From a virus (lineage: Duplodnaviria; Caudoviricetes), in IMG/VR virus record IMGVR_UViG_3300046170_000411, positions 989-64,988 of that record: DNA of 64,000 nt. One strand, written 5' to 3'. The notes beneath the pieces are model-generated. The model was not told where the DNA came from. It did no database searches and saw nothing but the letters and a program-made list of their open reading frames with translations. How positions within the stretch are numbered: the stretch's first letter is position 1; each line of letters begins with the position of its first letter. Below are positions 61,782-64,000 of this stretch, in pieces. Made by a program: the position numbers and the translations under genes.

Positions 61782-62567
61782 ATGGAAACAGTTCTAAGTA
61801 AAGGTAAGTACAAAATTTATCATATACCTGGTGTTAAAATTGGGTGTACAACAAATGTTCAAAAACGTATTATTGAAACTCAAGGCTATAAGCCAGGTGA
61901 ATACGAAATACTTTTTGAAACAGATGATGTAGCAGAAGCTTCTAAAGTAGAGCAAACACTACAAAAAGATTTAGGGTATAAAGTAGATAGAAAACCTTAT
62001 AAAGATTTATTTAAAAAGACTATGAATAAACACAGTTCATCACCAACTACAACTACATTTAAAATATCATCCAAAGAATTAAATGCAAACTTTTTAGCAG
62101 ATTTAGAAATTAAAACACAGTATGGAACGTTCAAGCTTGACTCGACTGATAAGATTGATTGGGTTATATCTAATGTACATAATAGTCAATTTGGTCCTAG
62201 CACCTGTTATATTTATAATAAAGCCATGGCTGAAGCGGGAGAGTTCCAAACTTTAACAAAAACTGTATTGTCAGATAATATGTTTGAAGATATAAGACAA
62301 TGGGCTAATGATCGCGGCTTATATGATAAAGGCGACGCTAAAACACAATTAATTAAATTATATGAAGAATCCGGAGAGTTATCCCAAGCTTTACTTAAAA
62401 ATGATAAGGCAGGTATTATTGATGCTATTGGTGATAGCGTTGTTGTTCTTACTAATCTTGCCCACCTTGTCGGTACCGATATTGAAATTTGCATTAAGTC
62501 TGCTTATGATGAAATATCTAATAGAACTGGTAGAATGATTAACGGAACATTTGTAAAAGATGCGTGA
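61782..62567 (+). CDS. GIY-YIG-like N-terminal domain fused to a MazG-like NTP pyrophosphohydrolase
   Basis: YKIYH...KIGCTT....R...Q N-terminus; QWA.DRGL..Q..KL.EE.GEL...DAIGD..VVL.NLA...CI..AY.EI..R.G.M..G.FVK C-terminus. Confidence 0.7.
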   Translation: METVLSKGKYKIYHIPGVKIGCTTNVQKRIIETQGYKPGEYEILFETDDVAEASKVEQTLQKDLGYKVDRKPYKDLFKKTMNKHSSSPTTTTFKISSKELNANFLADLEIKTQYGTFKLDSTDKIDWVISNVHNSQFGPSTCYIYNKAMAEAGEFQTLTKTVLSDNMFEDIRQWANDRGLYDKGDAKTQLIKLYEESGELSQALLKNDKAGIIDAIGDSVVVLTNLAHLVGTDIEICIKSAYDEISNRTGRMINGTFVKDA

Positions 62568-62892
62568 TAAAATTATACAACAAGTAGTAAGTAAGATTCA
62601 AAAGCGATCTGACGTAGGTTTTAAAAAGTATGGCGTTACTCTTTTCGATGATGACCAGCCACTAGATACTTGGCTCAATCATTTACAAGAAGAACTTATG
62701 GATGCCGTAAACTATATTGAAAAAGCTCGTATGTCATTACGTGAAGAGATTGAAGAGTGCTACATTAAAGACTGGGAAGTAGATGCTGAACTTGTTTCTG
62801 CATATCCAGATCCTGGACCACCCGATCAATTAGGCTACAATATAAATAAAACATGGACAACTAATCATACTAATGAGACGAAGGAAAAGTAA
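62560..62892 (+). CDS. All-alpha nucleotide pyrophosphohydrolase-like protein
   Basis: R..VG.KKYG.TL...WL.HLQEELMDA..Y. Confidence 0.55.
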   Translation: MRDKIIQQVVSKIQKRSDVGFKKYGVTLFDDDQPLDTWLNHLQEELMDAVNYIEKARMSLREEIEECYIKDWEVDAELVSAYPDPGPPDQLGYNINKTWTTNHTNETKEK

Positions 62893-63322
62893 AAAGCGTG
62901 GGCCTGTAACAGCAAAGAAAATTACATATGACGGTATTAACTTTGCTTCTGGCCTTGAACGCTACACTTATATGGCTTTAAAGAAAGAAAAACTATTTGA
63001 ATATTATGAAGGTGAAGTTTTCCAGCTTATCGAAAGTTTTAATTTTACAAATGAATCTTACGAAAAACAAGCAAACGGGAAAGGTGATTACACTAACCGA
63101 GGGAGCAAGAAAGTATTGGGTATTAAATATACACCTGACTTTACTGGAAAAGACTACATCATAGAATGCAAGGGGAGAGCTAATGAATCTTTCCCCTTAC
63201 GTTGGAAACTTTTTAAATTATGGCTGACAAAAAACAATATTGGAAAGACACTTTACAAACCGCAAAATCAGAAGGAAGTAGACCGGACGATTCAGTTAAT
63301 AAAAGAAAACAGAAAAAATTAG
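62873..63322 (+). CDS. T7 endonuclease I-like PD-(D/E)XK nuclease/resolvase
   Basis: F.SGLE, YTPDF, IIECKG motifs. Confidence 0.75.
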   Translation: MRRRKSKKRGPVTAKKITYDGINFASGLERYTYMALKKEKLFEYYEGEVFQLIESFNFTNESYEKQANGKGDYTNRGSKKVLGIKYTPDFTGKDYIIECKGRANESFPLRWKLFKLWLTKNNIGKTLYKPQNQKEVDRTIQLIKENRKN

Positions 63323-63489
63323 CGTCATTACATTACAAAAGACGAAAATTAGAAAAAGATATTAAGAAGTATGCAAAATACAGCAAGCGAATTAGCTCAA
63401 GAGCAATTGACGAAATTGCAGGACGACACGGATTTTACATTGAAGAATCATTATTTAGAGAGGATCAACCATCACATGAAAATGCTTAA
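63220..63489 (+). CDS. Basic hypothetical protein (start uncertain)
   Basis: ORF overlapping the end of the endonuclease gene. Confidence 0.35.
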   Translation: MADKKQYWKDTLQTAKSEGSRPDDSVNKRKQKKLASLHYKRRKLEKDIKKYAKYSKRISSRAIDEIAGRHGFYIEESLFREDQPSHENA

Positions 63490-63500
63490 TTATTATTTAA

Positions 63501-63638
63501 ATGAAACCGTGGGAGCTTAGTATAGGATTATATCCCGGTATAGTTATCGGAGCAAGAAGTTATATCAACAAAGGATATAACGAGCATGTAATATATTTAC
63601 CTTTTGTAGAACTTTGTTTAACAGTATATTATGAATAA
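63501..63638 (+). CDS. 45-aa hypothetical protein (not in ORF track)
   Basis: MKPWELSIGLYPGIVIGARSY...HVIYLPFVELCLTVYYE*. Confidence 0.5.
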   Translation: MKPWELSIGLYPGIVIGARSYINKGYNEHVIYLPFVELCLTVYYE

Positions 63639-63773
63639 TTGGCAAGAATACTTATTAAAAAAATACCCTAAAAGATTTAAAAACAAAAAAATTATTGTAA
63701 CAGAAAAGGAAACTCATTTTGAAATACAAACTAATAAAGATGAAAGTCCTTTAATATTAAGTAAAGACGCATT

Positions 63774-63983
63774 ATGAGCACACCAACAAGAGCTGAGCTA
63801 GCTGGTAAAGTTAGCCAATTAAAAGCTGTATCAGAACAAATAATTATGGAAATGCGGATGCTTGATGAGCGCATATCTGGGCTATATGCTTTCATACAAC
63901 AACTTCCTAATTATGATGAAATGGTTGAGCAGTTAAAAGAAAAAGCAAAACAAAACAAAAACGATAAAAAACTAGAAATATAG
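63774..63983 (+). CDS. Small coiled-coil protein
   Basis: 69-aa ORF. Confidence 0.55.
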   Translation: MSTPTRAELAGKVSQLKAVSEQIIMEMRMLDERISGLYAFIQQLPNYDEMVEQLKEKAKQNKNDKKLEI

Positions 63984-64000
63984 ATGGGGTTATTTGAACC
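63984..64000 (+). CDS. Start of a gene, possibly the RNR beta subunit (partial)
   Basis: ATG directly after a TAG; MGLFEP resembles NrdB N-termini; only five codons visible. Confidence 0.3.

Noticed and set aside
1-64000. Stop-codon reassignment as in some crAss-like phages
   Set aside because: Genes are full length in code 11; TAA, TAG and TGA all end genes; no suppressor tRNA seen

Overview
The window is almost certainly most of a lytic podovirus-like phage genome. The host is probably marine Bacteroidota/Flavobacteriia, inferred from A-rich start regions without Shine-Dalgarno sequences, frequent TAATG/ATGA coupling and the gene content. The minus-strand arm (about 49.4 kb down to 1.9 kb) is a late/structural operon: thioredoxin, small basic proteins, GroEL/GroES, tail fibre and lectin modules, lysis genes, a second GroES-like protein, terminase, portal, scaffold, major capsid, tail proteins and ejection proteins. 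It ends in a giant ~2300-aa virion protein. The plus-strand arm (49.9 kb to the end, apparently continuing at position 1) holds tiny early genes, a tRNA-like RNA, DNA ligase, a sigma factor, ERF/exonuclease/SSB, primase-helicase, ThyA, MazG-like proteins, an endonuclease and ribonucleotide reductase. No DNA polymerase or integrase is visible. About ten single-base insertions break otherwise conserved genes and look like long-read errors. Most notable: (1) a sigma-factor-like module (region 2 plus a region 4.2-like helix pair) inside the giant ejected protein, together with four copies of a non-Bacteroidota early promoter motif and a second promoter class downstream of the stand-alone sigma gene, which suggests a virion-delivered-sigma transcription cascade; (2) a 76-nt alanine-identity RNA resembling the tRNA-like domain of tmRNA, without a coding domain; (3) a tail nozzle/stabilisation gene naturally split into three genes. 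All family assignments were made by eye from motifs; no database searches were run.
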